64,000 bases of DNA from Lama guanicoe (lineage: Eukaryota): contig MU054338.1 of NCBI GenBank assembly GCA_013239625.1, forward strand, positions 3,931,371 to 3,995,370. The letters run 5' to 3'. Numbering within the stretch: the first letter of the stretch is position 1; each line of letters begins with the position of its first letter. The position numbers were made by a program, and so were the translations under genes. A model generated the notes under the pieces. The model was given only the letters and a program-made list of their open reading frames with translations. It was not told where the DNA came from and made no database searches. This document shows positions 11,639-23,600 of the stretch, piece after piece.

Positions 11639-14600
11639 CTGTGGGGTCAGTGGTGGGGCGGGGGGCACGGGACGGGGAGGAGGGGGAAGCACGTCTTCAG
11701 AGGGTACGACCAGGCTGGGTGCAGGGTGCCGCCTTGGCTCGGGGCTGGGTTAGGCCTGTTCGCCTGGGGCCCTCCTCCCTGAGACCACCCGTGGCTGGTA
11801 CCCATCAGCTTGGGTCAGGTTGCCATTTATGGTGGGTCCCCTCACCGTGCCGGGCAGGGCATGGGTCCCCAGGGGCAGTGCTCACTGGCCCACCTGCCCG
11901 CCCTCTCTGGACATGGGTGCAGGAGGCCCGTGGCCGCCCTAGTCCTATCTATGGCCTTGCTCCTCAGGGCTGGTGGGGAGGTCCCAGGATTAGATGTAAT
12001 CCAGGAGGAGGGGGAAGGGCCTCTGCTCTGAGCCCCCAGCTGGGACGCCTGCTGCTGCCCATGTACCACCCCACCACCCCGGGGTGGTGGATCGGAAAGC
12101 CTGGGACACACCCACCTTTGTCGAGCAGTGTCAGCGACAGGGAGGCGAGGTCGTTGAACTGAAAGACAGAAGTCCAGAGTGAGGGGCCCCCGCAGGGTGG
12201 GTCCCGGGGAAGTCAGCAATGTCTTCATCCACCGTGAAAACGGGCTGTTGCTATGTAAGCAAGAGGGGATCTGCCACGAGAAGTGGTCCTGATGCTGCTG
12301 GGCATCTGGGCATGTCCCCTCTGACCCTCTCTGGGCCGTGCCTGGGAGCTGCCAGAGGGTGGACGGGTGCCCACCGCCCAGGCCAGCAAGGGGCCAGAGG
12401 CTGTGGCCTCCGAGCAGTGACAGTGAAGGACCAGCCACTACTCATCATGGGCTCACCGTGTACCAAGAGCTCTAGAGCATCACCTCATCCTCAAAACAGC
12501 GCCATCACGACCTGGCAATTCCACTCCCAGGTTTATACCCCAAAGAATGGAAGCAGGTGTTCACACAGAACGTGGACGTGGATGCCCACAGTGGCACCAG
12601 TCACACTAGCCGACAGGGGGAAATGACCCCAATACCTATCAACAGAGGATGGCTGAGCAAAAGGCTGCCTATCCATGCAATCAAATGTTACTTTGCTGTC
12701 AGGAAGAAATGCTGATAGGTATGGCCACACAGGTGGACTTGAGGACACAGCGCTCAGGGAGAGAAGCAGACACCAAAGGACACATGGCGTGTGACTCCAT
12801 GTACGTGAAGCGTCCGGAACAGGCCAGTCCACGGAGACAGAAGCTGGGTTCCCAGTTGTCAGGGGCTGGGGGAGGGGCTGGGGTGACTTGAGTGGGGCTG
12901 GTTTTATTTCGGGGGTGAGGGAATGTTCTGGAACTAGAGAGGTGGTGGTTTCACACAAACTTGTTTACTTTAAGGGGTTAAAATGGTACATTTTAGGTCA
13001 TGTGTATTTCACCACAATGAACTCCCGCGTGGGGGTGGATTCAGAGGCGGGACGTCCTGCCCAGGTGACACGAGCAGGTGACAGGGGCTGATGGGTCCGT
13101 CGGGCTCCCCCCCCATGCGCACCCCCTGCAAGTGTGTTCTCCCAGCTCCCCCAGCCCGTGCCGGCCCCTCCTCCTGTGCCAGCCCTCACCTCGCCCATGA
13201 CGGCGATGGGCGTCTCCCCGGTGGCCTCGGCGACACGGTGCTCCACCAGGTAGAACATGTACTCGTCATAGAGCAGGCGGATGAGGTGGAAGGAGCCGAA
13301 GCTGGCAGCGCTGCGCAGGGTCAGGTCCCGGATCACCATGGAGCTGGAGCGGCAGACACAGGCTGGCACCTCCACACACCAGGCTCCCCTCCCACCCCGA
13401 GCTGGCCTGGGGGCCCCAGACCTGCGAGGGGCCTGCCCGGCATCCTGGCGTGACGTGCACCTGATGGCCTGGGACCCAGGCCTCCTCAGAGCCAGGACCA
13501 AGTCCCCTCCAGCCGTAGCCCCACCCCGCCCCCCTGCCTCTCCTGGGTCAGCGGTTTCAGGCACCTGAAAACAAGACTCAAGCTCAGGGTGCTTCCCCTC
13601 CTTCACACAAAGCAGGGGCTGGCAAGCCTCGGCCCCGCCCAGACCAGGTCCAGCCTTAGCCCGTGAGCCAAGTTCACATTCCAGCGTCCATAAATAGACT
13701 TCGACACCATGCCCGTCATACATGTGTCGTGTGCCCATAAAACCTCATGACTCGAAAATACCTACTATCCAATTCTTTACAGAAAAAACGACCCCTGACC
13801 TAAAGGGGTTATTTACATGGTACCCGACCCAAAGCTCTGGCCTACAGACACCTCTGTCACACAGTGCCAGACAGCGGACGCCCGTCTCAGAACTCACTCT
13901 CTGTGACGTCTGATCACTGTGGCAGCAGTAAAAGAAACAGGAAGGGACAAGACAGGAGTGGAGCCACGATGTAACGAAACAAGGGGGCATCGCTCCGGGG
14001 TGGCCCTGCTGCCCTGGAGTCCACGCGTTCTAAACCCAGCCGGAGTCAGTGCGCTCTGGCCCCAGGGGAAGACTTGCGCACAAGGGACACAGACGGCCAG
14101 CCAGGCTTCCCCAGAGAAGGCGGCCACTGAGCTGCAGCTGTCAAATCATTTCCTTCTCTGTAAACCCTCTCTCTCTCTCCCCCCGGGGGAGGTTCCTAAC
14201 CACTATGGCTTTGGCACTGCCCGATTCAAATCGATGTTTGCTCAAAGAATCTTCTGGAAATGTAATGTGCCTTGGTTTCTCTTTTAACAGGTTAAACCTG
14301 TTGATGCTTGTGTATTAACCATGGGGCGTAGGCGCAGGTCGGTAAAGACAGCTGACAGCAGATGGGTGTAACTTTCTTTTCGCATCTTCCTGGGGCCCGT
14401 GTGTAGACACACTCCGTGGTAGTTTTCTTCGGCACTGGAGAGAGCTGGCTCCAGGCGGCTGGGCTTCGAGATGCCCTGGAAGGGCAACCAAGGAGGGGAC
14501 CTGGGTGGTGTCTGCCTGCTTCCAAATTAGTGCCTTCGAAAGTGAAGGTCACTTGAAGCACGTTCATGAACGTGAAGACGGCGTCAGGGGGCAGAGTGAG

Positions 14601-17600
14601 CAGGCTCGGAGTTCGGGATATTCTGCTCAGAAGCTTCTTTGGCTCTGAAAGGCCGACCCCTCAACGAGTGAGCGAACACGGACCATGGGTCCCTGGGAAG
14701 GGCCCGTCACCCCTCCCTCCCGTCTCTCCGCCCTGCCTTCCCCGTCCGTCCGGTGGGTGGTGCTTGGTTCTTATGTTGCTGCGGTATCACAGGCCAGGGA
14801 AGGAGCCATGGGCCAGAAGCCATGCTCTGAAGGAGACCCCAGGCCTGAATGCTTCAGCTCTCACTCTCCCTTTGTGCCCACCCGGTGGGCTTCCCAGCCC
14901 CCCTTTCTCTGAGGCCCCTCTGGATCGGGCACTGGTACCCAGCGCCCCTACCCTACAGCCTCGGTGTCTGGGGCGAAGCTCTGGCTCCAGGTTTTAGCTT
15001 TTCTGAACCATCCTGGTGGTCACCTCTGCGTGTTCTGGGTTCTCCAAATGGACCCACAGCTTCCTGCGGGGGAACATCAGCGGACTCCAGCTGGAGAGGC
15101 TGGCCGTGAGCCTGGCCGTCACCCACCAAGCCCCTGCCCACTACTCTCCATTTGCTGGTGGACGCTACAGAAACCAGTCCCTTAAACCTAACAAGATGGA
15201 GTGAGGGAGAGTCTGGTCTGGACAGAGAAAAGCACCCCCTCTACCGCAGGAAGTACCTCCTCTCCGCAAGCCCGGCCCACATTTTCTGGGCCAGGCCCCT
15301 CCCGCTCCCGCCCCGTCCGCACGGGGGAGCACGGCAGCGTGGAACTGGTTTCCCCTCGGGATTCTGACCACCCTGCCCTCCTGCCTCCCAGCCTCCGAGA
15401 TGCTGCGTGGACGTCTGGCGCTGCCCTGGTTCCTGGCCCCATGGTGTGACCTGCCGTTCCCTCCCCGGAAGCCTTTCCGATCGCCTGTCTCTTCTCCTTG
15501 GTGTCCAAACTGCACAGTGAGGCTGGGAACCTCGTTCACTGGGCGGGGAACCCTGCAGCTCTCGGCAACTCCAGCCTCAGTTCTGGGAGACCTTCTTGAT
15601 GATGTTTCTTTTTAGTTTCTTTCCCTCCATTTTCTGTCTCTTAAAAAAAAACTCTGCCAGCTGGATAGTAAACCTCCTGGGTTGATCCTTTCATGTCTTT
15701 TTCTTCATGCTTTTCTTTTATGAGTTCTGTCTCCCAATTTTCTTTCTTTCTCAGTATTTTTTTCTCTCTCACCTTTACTTCCTGTGATGGTTAGTCTTCC
15801 GCGTCAGTGACTGGCGGCGATGCCACCAAACGTTAGTCTGGGTGTCGACGTGGTTCCCATCTCCCCTTCATCCACTCGCCCTCCCACCAGGGCTGGGCCT
15901 CGGCTACTTAGATCAAGGGCCTTCAGAGCGAAACCGAGGTTTCCCTGAGGAAGAGGGAGCCCCGCCCGAGGACAGCAGCATCCGCTCCCACCGGAGTGCC
16001 CTGCCCGCCAGCCCGCCCTGCGGACCTCAGACGTGCCGGCTCCCCGATCACGCCAGACAGCTCCCCGAACCAATCCCCTTACATTCATTCACACCCACAC
16101 ACAAAAGTCATGTACTACAGTGACACCTATCATTTAAAAATCCATCCACCTGACCCTCACCCAGGACCATCCCGTGGGGACAATGAGATGCTGGGAGCAG
16201 ATACCCGTCCCTCTCTCCTGCTCGCACCTGGCAGCGAGGGGACAAAGGCTCGGTGATGCTTCCCGCTTTGCTGGGCTGGCTGTTCCCCACCCTGGTTCCC
16301 ACCCGCGCTCCTCTTCTCCCTAAACCCGTCCTGGACGCACCGTGGGCTTCGCCCCGCGAGTCACACCAGGGAGCGGAAATCAACACCCGTGCTCCTCAGC
16401 AGGCAGGCCCGAGACAAGAGTTCCTGCCTGCGGAGGCCTCTGCGACCCAGTTTGAGACCCCAGGGGGCTCTGGGGCTGCCTCTGGGAGCCCCGGGAGGGA
16501 GGCCCACTGGAGGGGTCTGTGGGTTCCTGCCTCCCCTGCCCACACAGCCCTCTGGGAGGTGAAGTGGGCATGTACCTGTAAAAGGACCATTTCAGCAGGA
16601 ACTGCCGGGCAGCCTTGGGGAAGCTGGGGCTGCCTGCGTGCTGCTTCAGCACCTGGGTGACCACGTTGTCCAGCCAGCTGGCCCACTGGTCCAGGGAGCT
16701 CTGCTGCTGCAGCGTCAGCTTAAAGTCCTGCTCCAGCCGCTGTACCACGCTCTCCTCGCACTGGCACACCCACGAGGCCTGCTCCTAGGGGGCGCGGGTG
16801 GCCGGCAGGTCAGGGCGGCGGCACCGTAACGGCTCCCAAGGGCGGCCCTGAGCCGGATGCACTGAGCACGAGTGCCTGCCTGCCCTCGGCCTCTTGTAGG
16901 GCAAGGTCAGCCCCGCTCCACGGGCAGAGACGGATGGACACCCAGAGGGAACCTGCCTGCTCCCAAGGGCCCAGATCCCGGCTGCCTGCCTACAAAGCCC
17001 TGACCGTACTGTGCCTTCACACTGTGTTATTTCTAAGTGGTCCTTCCTCTACGTGTGTGTGCATTTACTCAGTGGATAAACCCAGGACCGGGCCTGGATG
17101 CAGATCTGGTGGCAGGACCCATCCGATGGCGGCCTGCACTTTCCTAAGCCCTGAGGAGAGAGCCGTGAAAGTGGCAATGGGAAGGCAAGTTTTTTAAGAA
17201 AATGGACCAAGGTGTCGGTCTCGGTGCCCAGACGCCAGGGGGACATGAGTGATCTCCTAGTGGAGCCCGGGGTCCCTAGGTGCACTGCAAGGTTGGGGAG
17301 CTTCAGTCCAGACTCCTTTCAAGCAACAGAAACGTGGGCCAGGCGTCGGCTTGGCTGCGGGCAGTTCTGTGGGTCTTTGTGCATGTTTCTAGAGGGTTGA
17401 AGCCTAGGCCAGCGGAGTGGGTCCCGTGCCCGTCCGGGCCATGGGGAGCCGTGTGGGAGAAGGTCACCTGCACGTTGGCGAAGTCCACGCGGTTGAGGTC
17501 GCTGAGCATCTGGTTGATCTGGGAGGTGTTCTGCAGCACGGCCCGGGCCGCCTGCGCCAGGTGGTTGAGCGACGTGTACCTCCGCAGAGTCTGGGCGAAG

Positions 17601-20600
17601 GCGCTGACCACGCCCACCTGTGGCCGAGGGGGGTGCAATTACTGGGCAAAGAGGGGCCCACCCTTCTGACAGTCTCAAAGCCCCCGAAACTGAGAATCAG
17701 TGAGGGACACAGGTGCCACCAACATGTGGAGCGGCGCCACAGTGGACGCCGCGGCACAGGTGAGCGAGGATTCAGGACGGCGTGGCTGTGCCCCTGCTTC
17801 TGGTATCCCTTGGGCTCTCTGGGGTGGGTGGTAAAAATACAGATTCCCAGGTGCCTCTGGAGCAGACTTTGCAGGGGTGTGGCCCCGGAATCTGCGATTT
17901 CGAACAGCTACCTAAGCAATTCCTATGCGTCCCGAAGGTCAACCCCAGGTTGAGGCAGGCAGACCTGCTGCCCAGATCCGGCCCCACCTGTGTGAGCCGG
18001 CTCTGCAAGGATGCTCGAGAGAATGGAAGACAGTCATCTCTTTTTCACAAGGAGGCCAGATCTCCACATCTGACATTCTGATCAGTGGCCAAGACTATAG
18101 CGTTAAGGGTGACTATAAGGAGATTAAATCCCCCTCTGAAGATAAACAGAGAAACATTCAATCTGTTCTGAGTCCATCCAAAAGCTTCACAGCAATGAGA
18201 TCTTCTGTCGCGCCCTCCTGGCCAGTGCCTGTCCTCCATCCGCGGCATCCTCGGCCTTCCTGGCAGGACCACTTATGCTCGGGACACAAGGAGCAGTCTA
18301 CTTTCTCTGGGGCCCAGCGGTCCTCAAGTTCCCCCAGGGCGGAGGTGGGGGAACCCCTCCTCGGACCCACTTCCGGCTCCCTCGTTTCACCATACAGCAG
18401 GGCCCCAGGGGGCCCCAGGCCAAGGCCTCTGCCCCCGGGGACCAGCGTGGTCTGGAGGCCCAGGCTCTGCTCGCACAGTTACCTTGGTCTGGATGACCTG
18501 CTGTGGGAAGTCGCTCATGGCGTTCGTCAACCAGCCTTCCAAGCTCTTGGCGAAATTACGGATGGCCTGCGTCAGGGTACCTGGGAGACACGAGCCACGT
18601 GCTACAGTGAGAAAGGCAGTCTCACCGTGAGAATCAGCCTGTGTAAGAGCTGCACGTGCCGTGGGAATGACCACCCTCGAAGTCCGAGCAACACAGAGGA
18701 GAAGAGACAGTGAGCTGGTGGTTGTCACCCGGAGCAAAGGGAGCCTGCTCAGTGCCCCACATCCTCGCATCCTCACCCTCAGGGGCCTGGGAGCCCCAGG
18801 GAGAGCCCACATGTAGGCCACGCAGGTGGGTGGGGGCAGAGGCCCTGGGACAGTCCCCCAGCATGTGTCTGCCCCAGGCCGGGTGTAGCCATCAAGGCCC
18901 CCCATTTCCTTTGTCCTCTGCCGGAATAAATAGGACCTGCTCTTTCATGCTGAAGAGTCGTAGTGCTGGGAGGAAGCTGAGCTCGGCGTCAGGTCAACCT
19001 GATGTTGCTGGCGGGGGAGGGCTGTCCCGAGACCTTGGCCCCTCTGGGAGTCTCCTCTGGGGAGGTCCTGGGAACCCCACAGTGCCAGCACCCCCTACCC
19101 CCACCCCAGCTGTGCTGGCGCAGGCTGCTTACTGGGCACCGGCCGCAGCACGTCGGGGATGAGGATCTCCACCAGCGCCTGGTACAGGATGTGGTCACAG
19201 GTCCTCATCCACCTGAGGACGGGGTCGCATTTGCACAGAGACACCAGCTTGTCCTTCGGGAGGACGGCACCTTCTGGCTCCTCGTCACTGCGGGGGAACG
19301 AGTGGCACTGAGGGACACAGATGAGCCTCGGCCTGGCAGCTGGCCACCTGTCTGGGACTCACAGAGCTGCAGGAGGCACCAGCTTTCGTGGGACAAGCTG
19401 AGTGAGGCTGCAGGACCGCCCATGCAGGGCTGGGGGGACCCTTGTGGCAGGCCAGCCCCCCACCCCACGATCACCCCTAAGTTCCTCGTGCTGGAAAAAG
19501 TGGATGGGGGTTGGAGGGTCGAGCTCAGTTGTAGAGCACGCGCTTAGCACACACGAGGTCCTGGGTTCAATCCCCAGTGCCTCCACTCAAAAATAAAAAA
19601 AATAAAAAACACCCAAAAAACAAAAAACAGGGGACATGCCATACGAGTCACAAATCAACTTGGTGTGAAGACCACACGGGCCTGAGGGGGTCTGAGTGCC
19701 AGTTCCTGGGAAGCGGGAGCACTTGTCTGTGGGCCACAGTGTGGGTGTCAGCAGGCGACGGCCTGCAGGGTAAGCCCGGCCCGGGAACAAGGCCTGGCTG
19801 CGGGACAACGGGCGCTACCTGGCGGGGAGGGAGGCAGGGCCGTCGCCGGAGGGGGCTTTAGAATTCCAGAAGGAAAGCCACAGCTTCTCGATGTAGTGAA
19901 ACTGGAGGTTCATCACGACATCTAAAGTTGCCTGGGAATCAAAGCAGCTGGTTAAACACGAGTGTGCACACACCACGCGTCAGAACACGCCGGGTGAGCG
20001 GCCGGGATCCAGACTGCGGGGGGCCTTTCCAAATCCAGAGAGACCCTGGGAGGGGATGGGGGTGAACGAAGGGGCCCTGGTTCAGAGCAGAGTTCCCATC
20101 TGCTCCTTGCAGAGGGAGGAGGCGCCAGTCCTGTCTCCCCTGTCACGGCCTGAGGGACACAGGTGATGTTCTGGCTCTGACTGCACGCAGCTGACCACCA
20201 AGGCCTGGGGGAGGCGCACCGAGGTGCCCCCGGAGCCCCACGCCCAGGCTGGGGGTTGGGAGAGGCGCTGGGGGCGGTCACCTCGCAGTGCCGCCGGTAG
20301 GCCAGCTGCAGGGCTTTGACGTCGTGCAGTGTGATGCTCTCCTGCAGCAGGACGCTGCCCAGGTCGGGCGCCGGGAACTCCGGGAAGACATGGGACACAT
20401 CTGGGGGAGAAAAGTGGGCTGATCAGCAGAACCGCAGAGGGCGCACAGGCAGAAGCCGGCCAGCAGGAGGGTGGGCTGGGGGACCTCGTGACAGCGGAGG
20501 CAGAGTCTCGGCTCCCACTCGGGGCCACACAACTTTCAAGCCTTGGTTTTCTCAGGTACAGGGCCAGGACACCACCGTCAACTCCCGGTAACGTTAAATA

Positions 20601-23600
20601 CGCCCCCACACAGAGCACGGGGCCTGGCACCCAGCGTGCGCCCCATCCCCCAACATGGGGGGTCTGGGGCGGTGACACCCTCTCCAGAACACCTAACACA
20701 GAGGGTTCTGTCAGGGCTCAGAAGACAGACTCTAAGACACACAGGCCGCGGGTGTCAGCGTGTGTGAGCTTCCCTGGGCATCTGGGCGGCAGGCTCTGGG
20801 TCAAGGCGGTGCCGGCCGGGCAGGGGCTCCCCCAGGAAGGAGGGCCAGGCCGCCCTGCATCGGGGCACCGGGAGGGGATGGGCTGGGCTGAAAGTGCCCG
20901 TCGTCTTCTTTTTGATGGGCAATTCATTTTATGTACTAACTGTTCTCATGGTCGCCTCGTACATTAATTTTGGGGGCATATGCTGATTATTCTTAAATCT
21001 CAGGGAGTCCACAAAGAAGGTTTATCTAGAATTTTCTCTGTCATTGAACAGGTGTCATGCAAGTAAACTGTCTACCGCATCCCTTTTGGACGCTGCGGGG
21101 GCCGGAACCCACTCCCGGCGGCGCCCGGCGGTGCCCGGCGGCCCTGAGCCTTTGCGGTGGGCTCACCGATGTACTGCTGGTGGTGCTGGCTCTGGGCCGC
21201 CATGGCCTGCTCCGGTGTGCTGTGCAGGCTGCCGTGTGAGCTGCTATCCCCGAGGCTGTCCATCTTCTGGGCTGGCCGGTACCTGGTCAGGAACATACGT
21301 GTCTCCATGAGCCCCCCGCAGCGCTGCCTGGAAGGAGCCCAGGGAGCAGAGGGCTGAGCAGGACTTGGTTTGAGGGGGGTGTACATGTAATTTTCTAAAA
21401 CTTGTGGTCAAGCAGAAGACATACAATTTGCCATCTTACCCAGTTTTAAGTGCACAGTTCCCTGGCTTTAAGCACATTCACGTTGCTGGGGAACCACCAG
21501 CCAGCTCCAGAACTTCATCTTCCCAAACCGAAACTCTGTCCCTGTTACACGCTGCCCCCACCCCCGCCCCTGACCCCACCATCCACTTTCTGTCTCTGTG
21601 AATCTGGCTCCACTAGGGACCTTCCTAGGGGAGGGACAACACTTGTCCTTGTGTGGCTGGCTTCCCTCACTGAGCATCACATCCTCAAAGTTCACGCACG
21701 TTGTAGCAAGTGTCAGAATCTCCTTCCTTTTTAAGGCTGAGTGATGTTCCCGTGTGCGCTTGGACTGCGTTTGTTTATCTGTTCATCCGCTGATGGACAC
21801 TTGGGTTGCTTTTCGATGTATATATTCTAACGCCTCTCTCAGAAAACAAGTGAACTTCTTTACACAGAGTCATGAACATCTTACTATTGTATGACCCCAA
21901 AGGAAACTCTGAGACTTTCGTTTTGCCCCGAGCCAGATAGCAGTGGGCCGTCTGTCCAGGCAGCAAACTGACGATGTAACAGGGGAGGGCTTCCCGAGTG
22001 ACGTGCCGCTCCGAGCACAGAGGGCCGGCCCCGGGGGTGCCCTTCCCTGCGGGCGGTGGGGCCAGGCCCACTGTGGGAGAGGAGGGGTGCTGCCCAGACG
22101 CGTGCGGACGGCCTGACAGGGGCAGGGGGGCGGCTCCGAGTGTCCGTGGCACAAGCCTGTCCTTGTGAAACGTGCATCTAAATCTGCTGGGTATGTAGAC
22201 TCACAGGGGTTTGCCAGGGCCCGAACCCAACAATGAAAGCTGTGGAGTCCTTGTCTGAGGACAAGCAGGTCCAGGATGGACTGCTGATCCCGGAGAACAT
22301 TCCAGAGATTGTCTCCCATGACTGCCAACTCCCATGGGGTTGGGAGTCACCGGGATACGTTAGAGCAGCTAAAATGAGGTTTTAGCCACACAGCTCGGCC
22401 GTGAGGGGGCCACGTGGAGGTGAGGGGTGTGCAGTCCCTGCCCTGGGGCAGAATGGACCCTGGAGAGGGGCCGAGGACAGGGAAGGGCAGGAGAGGTGAC
22501 AGGATGGGGCCAGGGAGATGACCTCCAAGTGGGGCCTTGAGCCAGGCGTCTCCCGCTATGGCTGCAGAGGCCCAGCTCTGTCCCTTGTTTTGAAAATAAA
22601 ATTTTTTTGGTGCATGGCCGCACCCACTGGTGTGCAGATGGTCTGTGAGGGGTCTCCACAGACAGCGTCTGCCTGCAGAGCCAAAGACATGTGCCCTCTG
22701 ACCCTTTCTAGAAAAAATCTGCTGTTCCCTGCCTTAAAAGCTGAGTAGGTCTGTAATGCATGGAGGAGAGAACATTCCAGAAAATGACCAGGACTTTCTA
22801 GCCATCAGATCCAAAGGTCAGGAAAAAGCAGCAACTGAAGTACAGCAGCTTCTTTCTCCTGACTTCCAGGGTTATGTTCAGTGTTCCTTCTCTTTCCTCT
22901 GTGTGGCTGAAAAAAATTGAAAGATCTGTGATTCTAAAAGATCTGTGATTTGCCTTCTGGAAAAGGAAAAACTATGGAGATAGAAAAAAAAGATCAGTGG
23001 TTGCCAAAGGCTGGCGGGTCCTCACAGAGGATTTCGAGGGCAGTGATCTACTCTGTACGACCCCGTACCAGTGGGTGAGAGTCGTTACACCTCTGTTCAG
23101 GCCTGGAGAACGAACAGCACGGGGAGCAAGCCCTAATGTCAGCTACGGACTCGGGGCGACAATGAGGTGTCGATGCAGGTTCATCGACTGTAACAAATGG
23201 TGGGGACGGGGGGCTTGTGGGAAAGCGCTGCACTTCCCACCGACTCGTGCTGTGACCCTAAAACTGCTCTTACAAAATGTCTACATATGTCTGGAAAAGA
23301 GGCAGATCTGCAAACTCTGTGGCCGGAGGAGGCCACACCCCCAGCCTCTCATGTCCTGCCGGCCTCACTCCACACCAAGTACCCGTGAGCTCTGGGCTCT
23401 CCTGGGGCGCTGACCCTGGGGGGAGGGGAGTCTGCCTTCCCCACCGCAGGGTGTGTCTGGTGGCCAAGAGGCGCCCCCTGGCCGCGCACCCACCTCGGCT
23501 TCTGGGGCGCGGGCTGCTGCCGCATGGCCATGTACTGCGTGTCCTCCTGCAGCCGGCTCAGGGGCGAGTCTGGCTTCAGACGGATCCCGTAGTAATGGTA

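Noticed and set aside
16779..16787. Tandem acceptors TAG GAG CAG at exon 15
   Set aside because: Forced by the conserved EQ codons; GAG acceptors are rarely used and there is no evidence of use
17925..18713. Long ORFs such as 262 aa here, 260 aa at 45875-46657, 213 aa at 11141-11782 and 210 aa at 36709-37341
   Set aside because: Antisense or intronic GC-rich frames, some crossing MER elements; no protein-like features
19927..19939. X-box-like GTTGCCTGGGAAT at the exon 11 acceptor
   Set aside because: Imperfect second half-site; fully explained by splice-site and codon constraints
22920..22950. 14-bp near-tandem duplication AAAGATCTGTGATT (similar 15-bp repeat at 58769-58814)
   Set aside because: Ordinary micro-duplications at or in L1 relics; only two units, not an array
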